Shown piece by piece: positions 15,096 through 23,618 of a DNA stretch of 25,419 nt. A program made the translations under genes and the position numbers. The stretch comes from a virus: the IMG/VR virus record IMGVR_UViG_3300035670_000091; one strand, given 5' to 3'. Position 1 is the first letter of the stretch; each line of letters starts with the position of its first letter. A model generated the notes under the pieces. That model made no database searches. It was not told where the DNA came from and saw nothing but the letters and a program-made list of their open reading frames with translations.

Positions 15096-15229
15096 TCCCG
15101 TGTCTCTATCAGTTGTAGTGCTCGGTCTACGAAGTCTTGTGGTGTTCCTTGTTTTAGTAACAAGAGGTCGAGCTGCAGAAGGGTGGCGATAGCCTTCCGC
15201 TCTGCAGCCCGAATCTCTTGCTCAGTCAT
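15056..15229 (-). CDS. hypothetical protein, 57 aa (MTEQEIRAAERKAIATLLQLD...); not in ORF track
   Basis: Translated by hand; TAATG coupling with the nrdH stop; fills the gap. Confidence 0.6.
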   Translation of the reverse strand: MTEQEIRAAERKAIATLLQLDLLLLKQGTPQDFVDRALQLIETREWQANTNPDSTEI

Positions 15230-15519
15230 TAGGCAGCTACTGGTTCCTTGTAAGCGGCACGTGCCTTAGCGTCGTCGCTGTGAATGGCGTTGACTAGGTT
15301 TTGGATTGCTCCTAGACGGAACCCTGACCAGTGCTTGTTGCCTGCGGTGACCACGGGAGCGGCGGTGTACCCCAGCTCCTTAGTAACGTACTCCATCGCT
15401 TTTGCGTCAGTAGATAGGTCTACGACGTTATACTCCACGTTCCCTCTGGTCAATGTCTTCTTAGTCATTTCGCATTGGGCGCATGATGGCGTGGTGTACA
15501 CAGTTACCTGCATGGTCAT
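15229..15519 (-). CDS. nrdH: NrdH-redoxin (glutaredoxin-like)
   Basis: VTVYTTPSCAQC, APVV and HWSGFR motifs. Confidence 0.92.
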   Translation of the reverse strand: MTMQVTVYTTPSCAQCEMTKKTLTRGNVEYNVVDLSTDAKAMEYVTKELGYTAAPVVTAGNKHWSGFRLGAIQNLVNAIHSDDAKARAAYKEPVAA

Positions 15520-15533
15520 CTCTTTTCTCTTAT

Positions 15534-16004
15534 CTAAAAACCGTAGTCTTTACGGTTCGCTCTTTGGTCATTGGCACGACGAGTAATCTCCCTCGACACC
15601 AATGCCAAGTCACGCTCGTAATTAGATAAAAGCATGTCCACTAACTTGCGGTAAGCGTAGGCTTCTTCGTACTTAGCGGATAGTTGGCGCACTTCTGGGT
15701 CAAGGGAGATTTGTGCTTTGACGAGTGTAATACGTTCCCCCTTCACTGCGCTACCCATACGTTCTACTAACAGGCGATTTTCTTGCAATTCCATCTTCTG
15801 CTGGGCTGCTCGCTCTGCTAGCTGGGCTGTAGCCAACTCAGATGCAGCGAAGTCTGCCCACGCAGTCATCATGCTGAACGTCTCTGCCAGCTGCTCACTG
15901 CTTAGCAGAGTGATGTCTGCAGGGATGTGAGGGGCATCAAACTCAGGTCTGCTGAACTTTACAGCAAACTTGTCTAGTGCTTCCCATGCGGATAGGTCAG
16001 TCAT
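15534..16004 (-). CDS. helical/coiled-coil protein, possibly a UvsY-like recombination mediator
   Basis: AAGGAGG RBS and TAATG coupling at 16004; all-helical pattern; recombination gene context (function inferred). Confidence 0.45.
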   Translation of the reverse strand: MTDLSAWEALDKFAVKFSRPEFDAPHIPADITLLSSEQLAETFSMMTAWADFAASELATAQLAERAAQQKMELQENRLLVERMGSAVKGERITLVKAQISLDPEVRQLSAKYEEAYAYRKLVDMLLSNYERDLALVSREITRRANDQRANRKDYGF

Positions 16005-16852
16005 TAGTCCTCCTTGTATGGCTCGCAGTGCTTGCACGTGCTGCCAGGGTTGTTATTGCAGTCTGGAACTCGCTTCTCTTCAATCATAGACATTAGTCGC
16101 TCTGCCTTATCGAAGATGTGGCGCACTAGCTCGTAGTCACGCTTGACTGGAGGGAACTCTTTGTAGTCTTGGTCAGCCTTGAGTTCGTAGATAAATACAA
16201 TCTCTTCGATTGGGTTACCCATACGATTCATCAGCTCTAGGTACATCTGCCCCTGCAAGATGTGAGGACCAAATGGGCGACGGATGTTCTTCCATGCCTT
16301 CATGAAATCGCCATCAGCTTCAAAGATAAGGTTAGGTGCTTCGCTACGGATAGTTCCTGGGCCTAGCGACTTAATCTCGATTAGGCAGTCATCTCCGAGG
16401 CCCTTGACCCATCCGTCAGTGTGGCCTGCGATTCTGAGCTTGTCATCAGTTAGGGTGACCTCAGCGTACTCTAGGTGACTGTGGTTGCAGTGCTCACAGT
16501 TAGATGGAGATGTGCCCCAAGTGACCTTCTCACAGGATAAGCACTTGAACTTACCGTGAAGTACGCCCATCTCATAAAACCAGTTCTGCCACTTGGCGTG
16601 GATGTAGTGGCCTTCGTCAAATATGTTCTGAAGTCTTAGGTTTGGCTTCTCTGCAATCTTGGTGTGCCCGTTTAGCAGGAAGTACGAGGCCCTCAGGCAC
16701 CAGTCCCTCTTGATAATTTCAGACGGGTGTAGGACGTCTGTCCTACGGTCGCCTGCTGGGCGCTGCATTAGGTGGCGCTGTAGTGGTCCTGTTAGCTTTA
16801 GCTCAGCTTTCTTGGTGTCGAAAAACTTTGCTAGCTCTGACTTAGTTGGCAT
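16004..16852 (-). CDS. Cas4-like PD-(D/E)XK exonuclease
   Basis: HPSE...C, GHTDG, IEIKS, Q..MY and C-terminal Cys cluster (C-x7-C-x2-C); internal CxxC...CxxC insertion. Confidence 0.85.
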   Translation of the reverse strand: MPTKSELAKFFDTKKAELKLTGPLQRHLMQRPAGDRRTDVLHPSEIIKRDWCLRASYFLLNGHTKIAEKPNLRLQNIFDEGHYIHAKWQNWFYEMGVLHGKFKCLSCEKVTWGTSPSNCEHCNHSHLEYAEVTLTDDKLRIAGHTDGWVKGLGDDCLIEIKSLGPGTIRSEAPNLIFEADGDFMKAWKNIRRPFGPHILQGQMYLELMNRMGNPIEEIVFIYELKADQDYKEFPPVKRDYELVRHIFDKAERLMSMIEEKRVPDCNNNPGSTCKHCEPYKED

Positions 16853-17177
16853 GTGGTGTTTGCTCCAAACTGAATATATATTCTTTCAATGTCATCGTAC
16901 GACGGTACTTGCGGTGCCACTTACGTACCAGAGCGTTTCTCTCTCGGTGCGACATGCCTCCCCAAATTCCGTGGGCTTCCTCTGTTTCAATTGCTTCCCA
17001 AAGGCAGTATGCCCTTACAGGGCAATGGCTAGTCCCTGTCTCTCCCAAGCAGTACGCACGTGCTTTTGCTGCGATGTTTGAGTACAGTTCCTTATCACGT
17101 GGAGGGTAGAACAGCTCGGTATCTGCATCTTTGCAGCGAGCGTCTTCTCTCCACGACATTTCAAAGTTATTTGTCAT
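16842..17177 (-). CDS. whiB: WhiB-family transcription factor (second copy)
   Basis: W...A.C...DTELFYP, CPVR..C and GIWGG.S.RER. Confidence 0.9.
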   Translation of the reverse strand: MTNNFEMSWREDARCKDADTELFYPPRDKELYSNIAAKARAYCLGETGTSHCPVRAYCLWEAIETEEAHGIWGGMSHRERNALVRKWHRKYRRTMTLKEYIFSLEQTPHAN

Positions 17178-17481
17178 CTTTTTGAATCAGCTCCATGAAG
17201 TCTGTCTCTAGCAAGATGACGTAATCTTCTCCGTCAAGGTGGATACCAAACACTGGGGTTCGGCCATCCATAATTGCTTCTGTTGTTATCTTTCGAAGTT
17301 CAGCAGCTTGAATTGTTTTGGATTTTTTCCCTGTCCACTTGTGCTCGACCAAGTAATCGGCGGAGCGGACATCTCCTTTTCGACTCCAGAAAGCCCCTGA
17401 CGCTGCGTTAGTGGAGCCCCCAATAGCCTTAGCGATTCGTCTCTCGTGCTTTTGGGACTGCTTTTGTCCTTCACTCTTCAA
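17167..17481 (-). CDS. Hjc-like Holliday junction resolvase / PD-(D/E)XK endonuclease
   Basis: HERRIAK..G...SGA...KGDV...VEHK pattern. Confidence 0.75.
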   Translation of the reverse strand: MKSEGQKQSQKHERRIAKAIGGSTNAASGAFWSRKGDVRSADYLVEHKWTGKKSKTIQAAELRKITTEAIMDGRTPVFGIHLDGEDYVILLETDFMELIQKDDK

Positions 17482-17731
17482 CCTTGATGCCTACTTTACC
17501 TTCTAGATAGCCAGTGATAATGTGGGGTACCAAGAAGTACAGTTGTTCCCTGGTCCAACAAGTTTCGCACCCACAAAAAGCCTCACCTGAGAGCGTTGGC
17601 TCTGGCTCTGGCTCACCTTCCATCCAGTCGATATGGCAGTACAAAGAAGTCATGTACTCTTCGTATGCTTTTTCTAGTTCTTGTGACCAGTTCATGTCCC
17701 TAAGAATAGGGGTTACTCTTCTGTCACTCAT
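17471..17731 (-). CDS. hypothetical protein with CGCETC motif
   Basis: GGAGG RBS; overlaps both neighbours. Confidence 0.7.
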   Translation of the reverse strand: MSDRRVTPILRDMNWSQELEKAYEEYMTSLYCHIDWMEGEPEPEPTLSGEAFCGCETCWTREQLYFLVPHIITGYLEGKVGIKVEE

Positions 17732-18773
17732 CTTCGCCTCCTCCAGTGAAGCTGTCTGGGGTGCTCAGAACTTTATCTCTGAGCTCTTCGAATAAGTCTA
17801 CCTCTTCACGAACAGAATTAGCGAACGCCTCGAGGCCCTGCCACTTTCTATCTGCGTAATAGACCCACCCACCTTTACGGTCAACAATCTCTTTTACGAT
17901 TGCAAGTGAGGCAACTTCCTTAGCGGTGTCATAGTCTCCTGCCGAGAAAATGCTGTGACCCTGGAAGTAGAAGTCGACATAGGCTACACGCTGTGGTGGA
18001 GCAGTCTTGTTCTTGATGGTGCGAATTTTGATGCGCTGGCCTACACGGACCTTGTTAGTTCCTGAGCCAACTTCAATCCACTCGTCACGACGAACTTCTG
18101 AGCGGGTAAAGAAAGCGTAGTTTTTTCCCTCACCACCAGGAGTAGTGCGTGGGTCTCCGTGCATCACGCCAATCTTCATACGGTACTGGTTGATGATTAG
18201 GCCTAGAATCGGACGCTCATCCTCAATAAGGGAGCGCTTCATAGCAGCGCCTACAACACGGAAGAACTTATTGGTAAGCAAAGCGCCTTTACCGACAGTT
18301 AGCTCGTCCATGTTCTTCTCTGCTTCGGGAGCTGGAACCAGAGCAGGCAGAGAATCAATCACGATAGCGTCTACCGCTTTTGACTCAGCAAAGGCAATTA
18401 CAGCGTCGTAAGCCTCTTCCATTATGTTGGTCTCTACCACAATCACACGGCTTGTGTCGATTCCACACATCTCTGCATACTCTGGAACCCACTGCTCCGC
18501 CGCTACCCAAACTGTCGTGTGGTTTGGGTTCTTGGTTTGGTTGGCGGCAATGGCTTTAAGTGCAATCGCTGTCTTGCCATGGCTAGGCTCACCAATTAGC
18601 TCGTTCCATTGATTGCTAGGAAACCCGCCACCTAGGATGTAGTCAAAGGTGGTGCTTCCTGTAGTTATCTTTTTAATTGTGTCAGATTTAATGGTCTCAC
18701 CAAGTACGACAGTGTTCTCACCAAAGCGCTTGTTAATTGAGGCCATTACCTTCAGTGCGTCTGCATTAATCAA
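17724..18773 (-). CDS. recA: RecA-family recombinase
   Basis: Walker A GEPSHGKT, Walker B IVIDS, INQ.R.KIGVM.G.P.TTPGG and KNK.APP. Confidence 0.95.
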   Translation of the reverse strand: MINADALKVMASINKRFGENTVVLGETIKSDTIKKITTGSTTFDYILGGGFPSNQWNELIGEPSHGKTAIALKAIAANQTKNPNHTTVWVAAEQWVPEYAEMCGIDTSRVIVVETNIMEEAYDAVIAFAESKAVDAIVIDSLPALVPAPEAEKNMDELTVGKGALLTNKFFRVVGAAMKRSLIEDERPILGLIINQYRMKIGVMHGDPRTTPGGEGKNYAFFTRSEVRRDEWIEVGSGTNKVRVGQRIKIRTIKNKTAPPQRVAYVDFYFQGHSIFSAGDYDTAKEVASLAIVKEIVDRKGGWVYYADRKWQGLEAFANSVREEVDLFEELRDKVLSTPDSFTGGGEDE

Positions 18774-18972
18774 GTGACATATCCTTTACTGCTCTCATAG
18801 CAATCTTTATGCCACGAAGTGTCTGCTCGTCAAACGGACTGTCAGCAGCTAGCTGAGACAGTAGCTCAACTGCCTTTAGCTTGAACTCGGTTTTACCGTA
18901 GTTGTGTCCTCGACGCATAGCGTCACGATAGTGTTCAGCTGCAACTTGCAGGGGTACGACTGGTTGCTCCAT
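18766..18972 (-). CDS. hypothetical protein
   Basis: TAATG coupling. Confidence 0.7.
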   Translation of the reverse strand: MEQPVVPLQVAAEHYRDAMRRGHNYGKTEFKLKAVELLSQLAADSPFDEQTLRGIKIAMRAVKDMSLD

Positions 18973-19352
18973 TATTCAATCCTTCCAATAATGTTCTGTG
19001 GGTTGTAGTTATTAGTGGCGTCGTTACCACGAGCGCCCTTTGTATCACCTTCAACGTGTGCTCCAGTTAGAGCTCCGTAACGACTACCTGACTGCTGAAT
19101 TGGGTAACCGCAGTCATAGCAACGTGGGGCAGCGTTAGACACTGCCATGTAGTTCTGGGAGTAGCATTCTGGACAGTTCTGCGTTTGCTTAGCGGACATC
19201 GCACGCTCTGCAGGGTCACGCTGCTGTTGAATCTGCGGCATGGACTGCATAGGAGTCTGTGAGGGCGCTACAGGAAGGCTCTGCGTCCTTGCAGGAGGAG
19301 CAGGAGGCTGTTGCTGTTGTAGTTTTTTTGCCCACCAATCTGCGTTGTTCAA
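18972..19352 (-). CDS. Gln/Pro-rich zinc-ribbon protein
   Basis: CPEC...CYDC; TTG start with AAGGAG RBS. Confidence 0.75.
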   Translation of the reverse strand: MNNADWWAKKLQQQQPPAPPARTQSLPVAPSQTPMQSMPQIQQQRDPAERAMSAKQTQNCPECYSQNYMAVSNAAPRCYDCGYPIQQSGSRYGALTGAHVEGDTKGARGNDATNNYNPQNIIGRIE

Positions 19353-19759
19353 AGTAGTCTCCTTAACTTTCTAGGAAGCTTTAGTAGTCCAATGTCAACT
19401 ATCTGAGCTATAGCACCTACTAGCACTGAGATAGACACTTGCTCAATTAGCTGCCGAGTTGTGGCCCATACTTCCTTGGGTATCTTGTCATTAGGGTCCA
19501 GTGAGTTCTTTTGGTGCTCAACCGCTGCTTCAGATAGAGCGTGAGCGTAGGCGTACAACAAGGGAGTGAGGATGCTAATGTCGGAGACTCTGCGGTCGCT
19601 TTCGTCTTCTTCCATCATGGCGACTTCGTCGCTTATTGGGCTGCACCCTAAAACTAGTGCCAACTCATGAGGGTTGGTCATCTGAGAGTCAAGGATGAAC
19701 CCACGTAGTCGAGACGATACGTCAGCTAAAGTTATTGTTCTTCTTCGTCTCCACCACAT
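19349..19759 (-). CDS. hypothetical protein
   Basis: ATG 19759 overlaps the polA stop (TAATG); GGAGAGG RBS. Confidence 0.7.
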   Translation of the reverse strand: MWWRRRRTITLADVSSRLRGFILDSQMTNPHELALVLGCSPISDEVAMMEEDESDRRVSDISILTPLLYAYAHALSEAAVEHQKNSLDPNDKIPKEVWATTRQLIEQVSISVLVGAIAQIVDIGLLKLPRKLRRLL

Positions 19760-21759
19760 TATTTGGCCTCTCCCCACTTATCTACGATGTGAGCCTCTGC
19801 GATGAGTGGAACTGTAATCTCGTTTAGTCTAATGCCTTCCATTGACATTTTGATAGCACGTAGCGTGTCTTCAGCTCTGTCCTCTGGAGTAACGGTTACA
19901 AGTTCGTCATGCACAGTCAGCACAACATTGATGTCTGGTTCGGTCAAGAAGCAAGAGTGAGCTCTGACCAAAGCTAGCTTCATGATGTCAGCCGCTGAAC
20001 CTTGGATAACTGTGTTGAAAGCTTGGCGCTCTGCTCGTGACAGCATTCCAGGGTCCTTGGAAACTAGCTCAGGAAGGTATCTGCGACGGCCAAACAAGGT
20101 CTCTACATACGGGATAGGCGAGGTTTGTTTGGCCAAGCGAATTACTTTGGCTTTGTACTTAGTAATAGAAGAGAACTTAGCCTCAAAGTCGTTGAGTAGT
20201 TTCTTAGCTTCGGTTACAGTACAGCCAATCGAGCTAGCAATCTTGTCTGGTCCAACGCCATAAGATATAGCTAATACCAGCACCTTTCCTGCCTTGCGGT
20301 CTACGCCCATGGTGTCACCAATTGTGGTGTAGATGTCCCCGCCAGTTAGGTAGTTGTTTACAAGCACTGGGTCTTGAGCAAGAGACGCAATTACACGTGG
20401 CTCAATCTGAGAGTAGTCAGCAACCACCAGCTTGTACCCTGGAGGAGCAACAAATAGGTTTCTGATTAGCTTGCCGTAATCCCCTGAAGAAGGGATGTTC
20501 TGCAGGTTTGGCTCTGAGGACGAGAATCTACCAGTCTCAGCGCCGTGAGCCTTGAAGTTGGTGTGTACTCTGCCGTTAACTAGCAGGCTTCGTTTCTCAA
20601 TTAGCTTCTCTACACCATTGGTAACACGCTTTACTGTTCCTCCTGTGTACGGAGTAACGTACGTAGTGAGGAGCTTGTTGAGGTCCTGGTAGTGAAGAAG
20701 AGCGTCAATCAAATCGTCTTTACCACGGTAGAACTCTAGAGCGTCTGCAGATACAGAGAAGTGAGAAGCGTTTAGCTCTTCCCCTGCTCTGTACGCTTCA
20801 AACCCTTTTGGAGTAAATGCAGGCTTGAACTTCACGTTAGGTTTGATACGTGGCTTCTTACCTGGCTCGGCAGAAAACAACAGCTTCTGCTTTTCTGCAA
20901 CAGAGTTGATTGGGAAGACTTTGCCTGCAGTGCGGTACACGTTGGCTTCTGCCTCTACCTTATCCTTCTCAATTTGCTCTGCGATGCGGGTCAGCTGCTC
21001 TTGGTCAATGTAAGCCCCTGTCAGCTCCATGTCCGTCACGGCGGCAAGAACATCCATCTCTAGACGCCAAACCTTACGGAGGTTGCCTACAATCTTCGGC
21101 TCAAGCGAACGGTAAAGCTTCCAGGTGACCTCGGCATCTATAGCTGCATACTTAGCGACATCGCTGAAAGAGTGCTTGGAAATGTCTTCTCCAACGCCCT
21201 TCTCAATGACGATGCCTAGCTCTCGCTCGACCGAGTCCTTTAGATTCAAGCGGTTCTTGTTCAAGTTGTTGATAATGAACTGTGCCATAACGGTGTCAAA
21301 GTATGGCTTAGCTGGTGGTCTCTTACCAAAGTATTTAGCCACAGAGGACAAGTCAAACTTTAGGTTGTGACCCACCTTGAGCTTGTCGCTAAACATCAGT
21401 GGCTTGAGTGCCTTGAACACTTCTCCTGCGCTGAGCTGAGCTGGTGGTGCACCAAACAGAGGCGTCCACTTGCGTTGGTCTTTGGAGTAGTGTGCGTCTG
21501 TAACAGGCTTGCCCTCTTCGAGCCTTCTCTGTCCAGGAAGTAGTAGTGGCTTGTTCCATCCCTCAAACTCTCCGTTTGGGTGGCCCATAGGGATAACGTC
21601 GGTACGTCCGTCAGTCGCAAATGCAATCCAACAGACAGTGTTTACTACTGGGTAAAGTCGGTCGTCACCAATGGTTTCGACGTCGAATGCAAAGCCATCT
21701 ACTTTGCTGTATGCAGCGATGAACTCTTCCAGCTGCTCAGTGGTGGTGATTATATTCAA
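19759..21759 (-). CDS. polA: family A DNA polymerase (3'-5' exonuclease + polymerase, no 5'-3' exonuclease)
   Basis: ExoI FDVET, ExoII HNLKFD, ExoIII YAAID; motif A DYSQIEPR, motif B K...LAISYG, motif C VHDE; TTG start at 21759 after GAGGGA. Confidence 0.95.
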   Translation of the reverse strand: MNIITTTEQLEEFIAAYSKVDGFAFDVETIGDDRLYPVVNTVCWIAFATDGRTDVIPMGHPNGEFEGWNKPLLLPGQRRLEEGKPVTDAHYSKDQRKWTPLFGAPPAQLSAGEVFKALKPLMFSDKLKVGHNLKFDLSSVAKYFGKRPPAKPYFDTVMAQFIINNLNKNRLNLKDSVERELGIVIEKGVGEDISKHSFSDVAKYAAIDAEVTWKLYRSLEPKIVGNLRKVWRLEMDVLAAVTDMELTGAYIDQEQLTRIAEQIEKDKVEAEANVYRTAGKVFPINSVAEKQKLLFSAEPGKKPRIKPNVKFKPAFTPKGFEAYRAGEELNASHFSVSADALEFYRGKDDLIDALLHYQDLNKLLTTYVTPYTGGTVKRVTNGVEKLIEKRSLLVNGRVHTNFKAHGAETGRFSSSEPNLQNIPSSGDYGKLIRNLFVAPPGYKLVVADYSQIEPRVIASLAQDPVLVNNYLTGGDIYTTIGDTMGVDRKAGKVLVLAISYGVGPDKIASSIGCTVTEAKKLLNDFEAKFSSITKYKAKVIRLAKQTSPIPYVETLFGRRRYLPELVSKDPGMLSRAERQAFNTVIQGSAADIMKLALVRAHSCFLTEPDINVVLTVHDELVTVTPEDRAEDTLRAIKMSMEGIRLNEITVPLIAEAHIVDKWGEAK

Positions 21760-21780
21760 TTCTTCCCTCAAAGATGTGAA

Positions 21781-21818
21781 TGCGGTGGGTTGGAAAATGA
21801 ACAAACCAACCCACCGCA
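21781..21818 (-). terminator. hairpin between ssb and polA (partial terminator or stabiliser)
   Basis: Perfect 13-bp inverted repeat 21781-21793/21806-21818; weak U tract. Confidence 0.6.
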
Positions 21819-21831
21819 GTGGTGAATGGGA

Positions 21832-22503
21832 CTAGGAGACTAGCGCTCGTGCAATCTCAAGTAGCTCTTCACGTGGAGTCACATACGTTACGGAGCTGTC
21901 ATACAGTGGAAGGTTCTGTAGAGAAGATTCCACGGCGACTGGGTCTAGGTCCCACTCTTCGGCAAGGTCGGTAGCCTTGACTCGGTTGAGGGTGTACTGA
22001 GTCTTTGGACCGCTACCGTGCCGAGAAATTGCCCAGTAGTGCTTGCTCAATGGCCCCATCTTAGGGTCAATGTTCATTGCACGTAGCTGACGGGCAAAAC
22101 TAGGAGGGGCGGTGAGAATCTGGACCTTTGGGGTACCGTCGTTCTCGTCAGTAAGGACAACCACGTTGAAAGCGAACTTGTTACGTGGCTGGTCTCCTGC
22201 GATGTCGCAGAGAGGGCAGGACTCGTCAATACGAGGAGTCTGGAGACAAACGAAGGACTTCTTGCCCTCACGCTCAATCCAGTGCTGTGCGTACACATCA
22301 AATGGGTCGTCCTCTAAGAAGCGAACCAACTGAGTGGACTCGGTGAAACGGAAGTCGGTTGGGTAGTCGCCTGCTGCTGGCTTGTCAAGCACAGCTGCTG
22401 CTAGGTCCCATCCAGACTGCACGGAAGTACCGTGCTTTGGTGCTACGTCTGCTGAGTCTTCTACGAAGTAGTCTTGGGCAGACATGGTCGGGGAATCAAT
22501 CAT
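21832..22503 (-). CDS. phage single-stranded DNA-binding protein (gp32-like)
   Basis: VRFL...QHW...C...CPLC...FAFNVV...R.G.G.KTQY pattern; located next to polA. Confidence 0.65.
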   Translation of the reverse strand: MIDSPTMSAQDYFVEDSADVAPKHGTSVQSGWDLAAAVLDKPAAGDYPTDFRFTESTQLVRFLEDDPFDVYAQHWIEREGKKSFVCLQTPRIDESCPLCDIAGDQPRNKFAFNVVVLTDENDGTPKVQILTAPPSFARQLRAMNIDPKMGPLSKHYWAISRHGSGPKTQYTLNRVKATDLAEEWDLDPVAVESSLQNLPLYDSSVTYVTPREELLEIARALVS

Positions 22504-22521
22504 GATTCTCTTTCTTTGGTT

Positions 22522-22566
22522 AGTGAGGCTTTCGCTCTCGGTTGGCAGTGAGGCCGTATGGCTCTC
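22522..22566 (-). promoter_or_regulatory. tandem bulged-A hairpins in the ssb leader
   Basis: Two copies of GAGAGC-loop-GCCTCACT on the - strand. Confidence 0.6.
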
Positions 22567-23044
22567 AAAGGGTGTCTACTGCTTCTTTCCAACGCTTTAC
22601 AAGAACGTCAGTCAAATCAGCATGACGGTTCCACTCTACACGAGCAGAACCCAGAAGTCCACGTTTTGCAAATTCTTCGATGGCGATTTCTACAAGTTCA
22701 CGTGTGTACACACGATTGCCGTTTACTTTCTCACCGTTGAGCTGCTTAGAGCGTAGACGGAACGGAGCGATAGGGATGTAACCTTTGCGTTCCCACAAAC
22801 GTATCGTCACTATCTTTTTCTCAAGGGCCTGCGCAAGAGCTCCTACTGTGAACAGCTCTCGCTCCTCTCCCTTGAAAACCTTTTTGATGGGAGCTTCATC
22901 CCATCCATTTGACTCTCCCATAGCCTGCGCACGTCGTGCGACGGCCTTAGGAGTGTCTGCCTTGCGTGGCTGGCGTGACCCTGGGACAGTGTCTAGACCA
23001 GCAAAAGCTTTGAGGATGTCTTCCTCGCTACGAAGTCCTGGCAT
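22565..23044 (-). CDS. MerR-like HTH DNA-binding protein
   Basis: FTVGALAQAL...TIRLWERKGYIP...NRVYT. Confidence 0.8.
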   Translation of the reverse strand: MPGLRSEEDILKAFAGLDTVPGSRQPRKADTPKAVARRAQAMGESNGWDEAPIKKVFKGEERELFTVGALAQALEKKIVTIRLWERKGYIPIAPFRLRSKQLNGEKVNGNRVYTRELVEIAIEEFAKRGLLGSARVEWNRHADLTDVLVKRWKEAVDTL

Positions 23045-23046
23045 GG

Positions 23047-23487
23047 TTACCTCTTTGCGGTACGTAGTGCCCAGACAACCTTGGCAGGGTAGATACGCTC
23101 TAGCTCGTCCTCGGTAATCTTGCCCTCGTAAAAAGCAGCCATAAGCTTGTCTTCGTTTACGACTCGAACAGTTTCGTAGACATCGTCTTCGATTCCATTC
23201 TCAGAAAGAATCTTTTCAGCGTTCTCTTCGTCAAGTTTACGAGTAACTCGCTTCTGCTTTTCAATACGGACAACGCCGTCAATCTCGGCTCCGAGTTCTA
23301 GAAACACGTTGCCTTTGTCGTCAAACTCTCCGTCAGCTTCAATGTGAGCAAACAGGGAGTCTCGTAGAGTCTTCTGTCGACCCTCAAGCATGTCCAGTGA
23401 AGACTTTACCTGAAGGTACTCCCTCACTTGAGTGTTGATGTCGTTTGGGTCAGCAAACTCTCTTGGGTTTTCGTCGATGATTTTCAT
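23047..23487 (-). CDS. hypothetical acidic protein with N-terminal coiled coil
   Basis: AGGGGA RBS; replication-module context. Confidence 0.75.
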   Translation of the reverse strand: MKIIDENPREFADPNDINTQVREYLQVKSSLDMLEGRQKTLRDSLFAHIEADGEFDDKGNVFLELGAEIDGVVRIEKQKRVTRKLDEENAEKILSENGIEDDVYETVRVVNEDKLMAAFYEGKITEDELERIYPAKVVWALRTAKR

Positions 23488-23493
23488 GTTCCC

Positions 23494-23607
23494 CTACTTT
23501 GCACTTACTAGGCGACGCTTAGTAGCGTCGAATACTTTTGGGTTCTTCTTAGAAGCTTTTCCGTTGTTACGCTTGTCGTTGCGTACTCTTGCGCCTTTAG
23601 CGGCCAT
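23494..23607 (-). CDS. 37-aa highly basic peptide MAAKGARVRNDKRNNGKASKKNPKVFDATKRRLVSAK; not in ORF track
   Basis: Translated by hand; GAGAGGG RBS; fills the helicase-to-next-gene gap. Confidence 0.65.
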   Translation of the reverse strand: MAAKGARVRNDKRNNGKASKKNPKVFDATKRRLVSAK

Positions 23608-23618
23608 TCTTACCCTCT

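Noticed and set aside
16004-16852. Cas4-like gene as evidence of a CRISPR-Cas system
   Set aside because: No array, cas1 or cas2; solo Cas4-like exonucleases are common in phage recombination modules
21760-21804. Track start of polA at 21804
   Set aside because: It lies in a hairpin loop without an RBS; TTG at 21759 has an RBS and fits the exonuclease domain start
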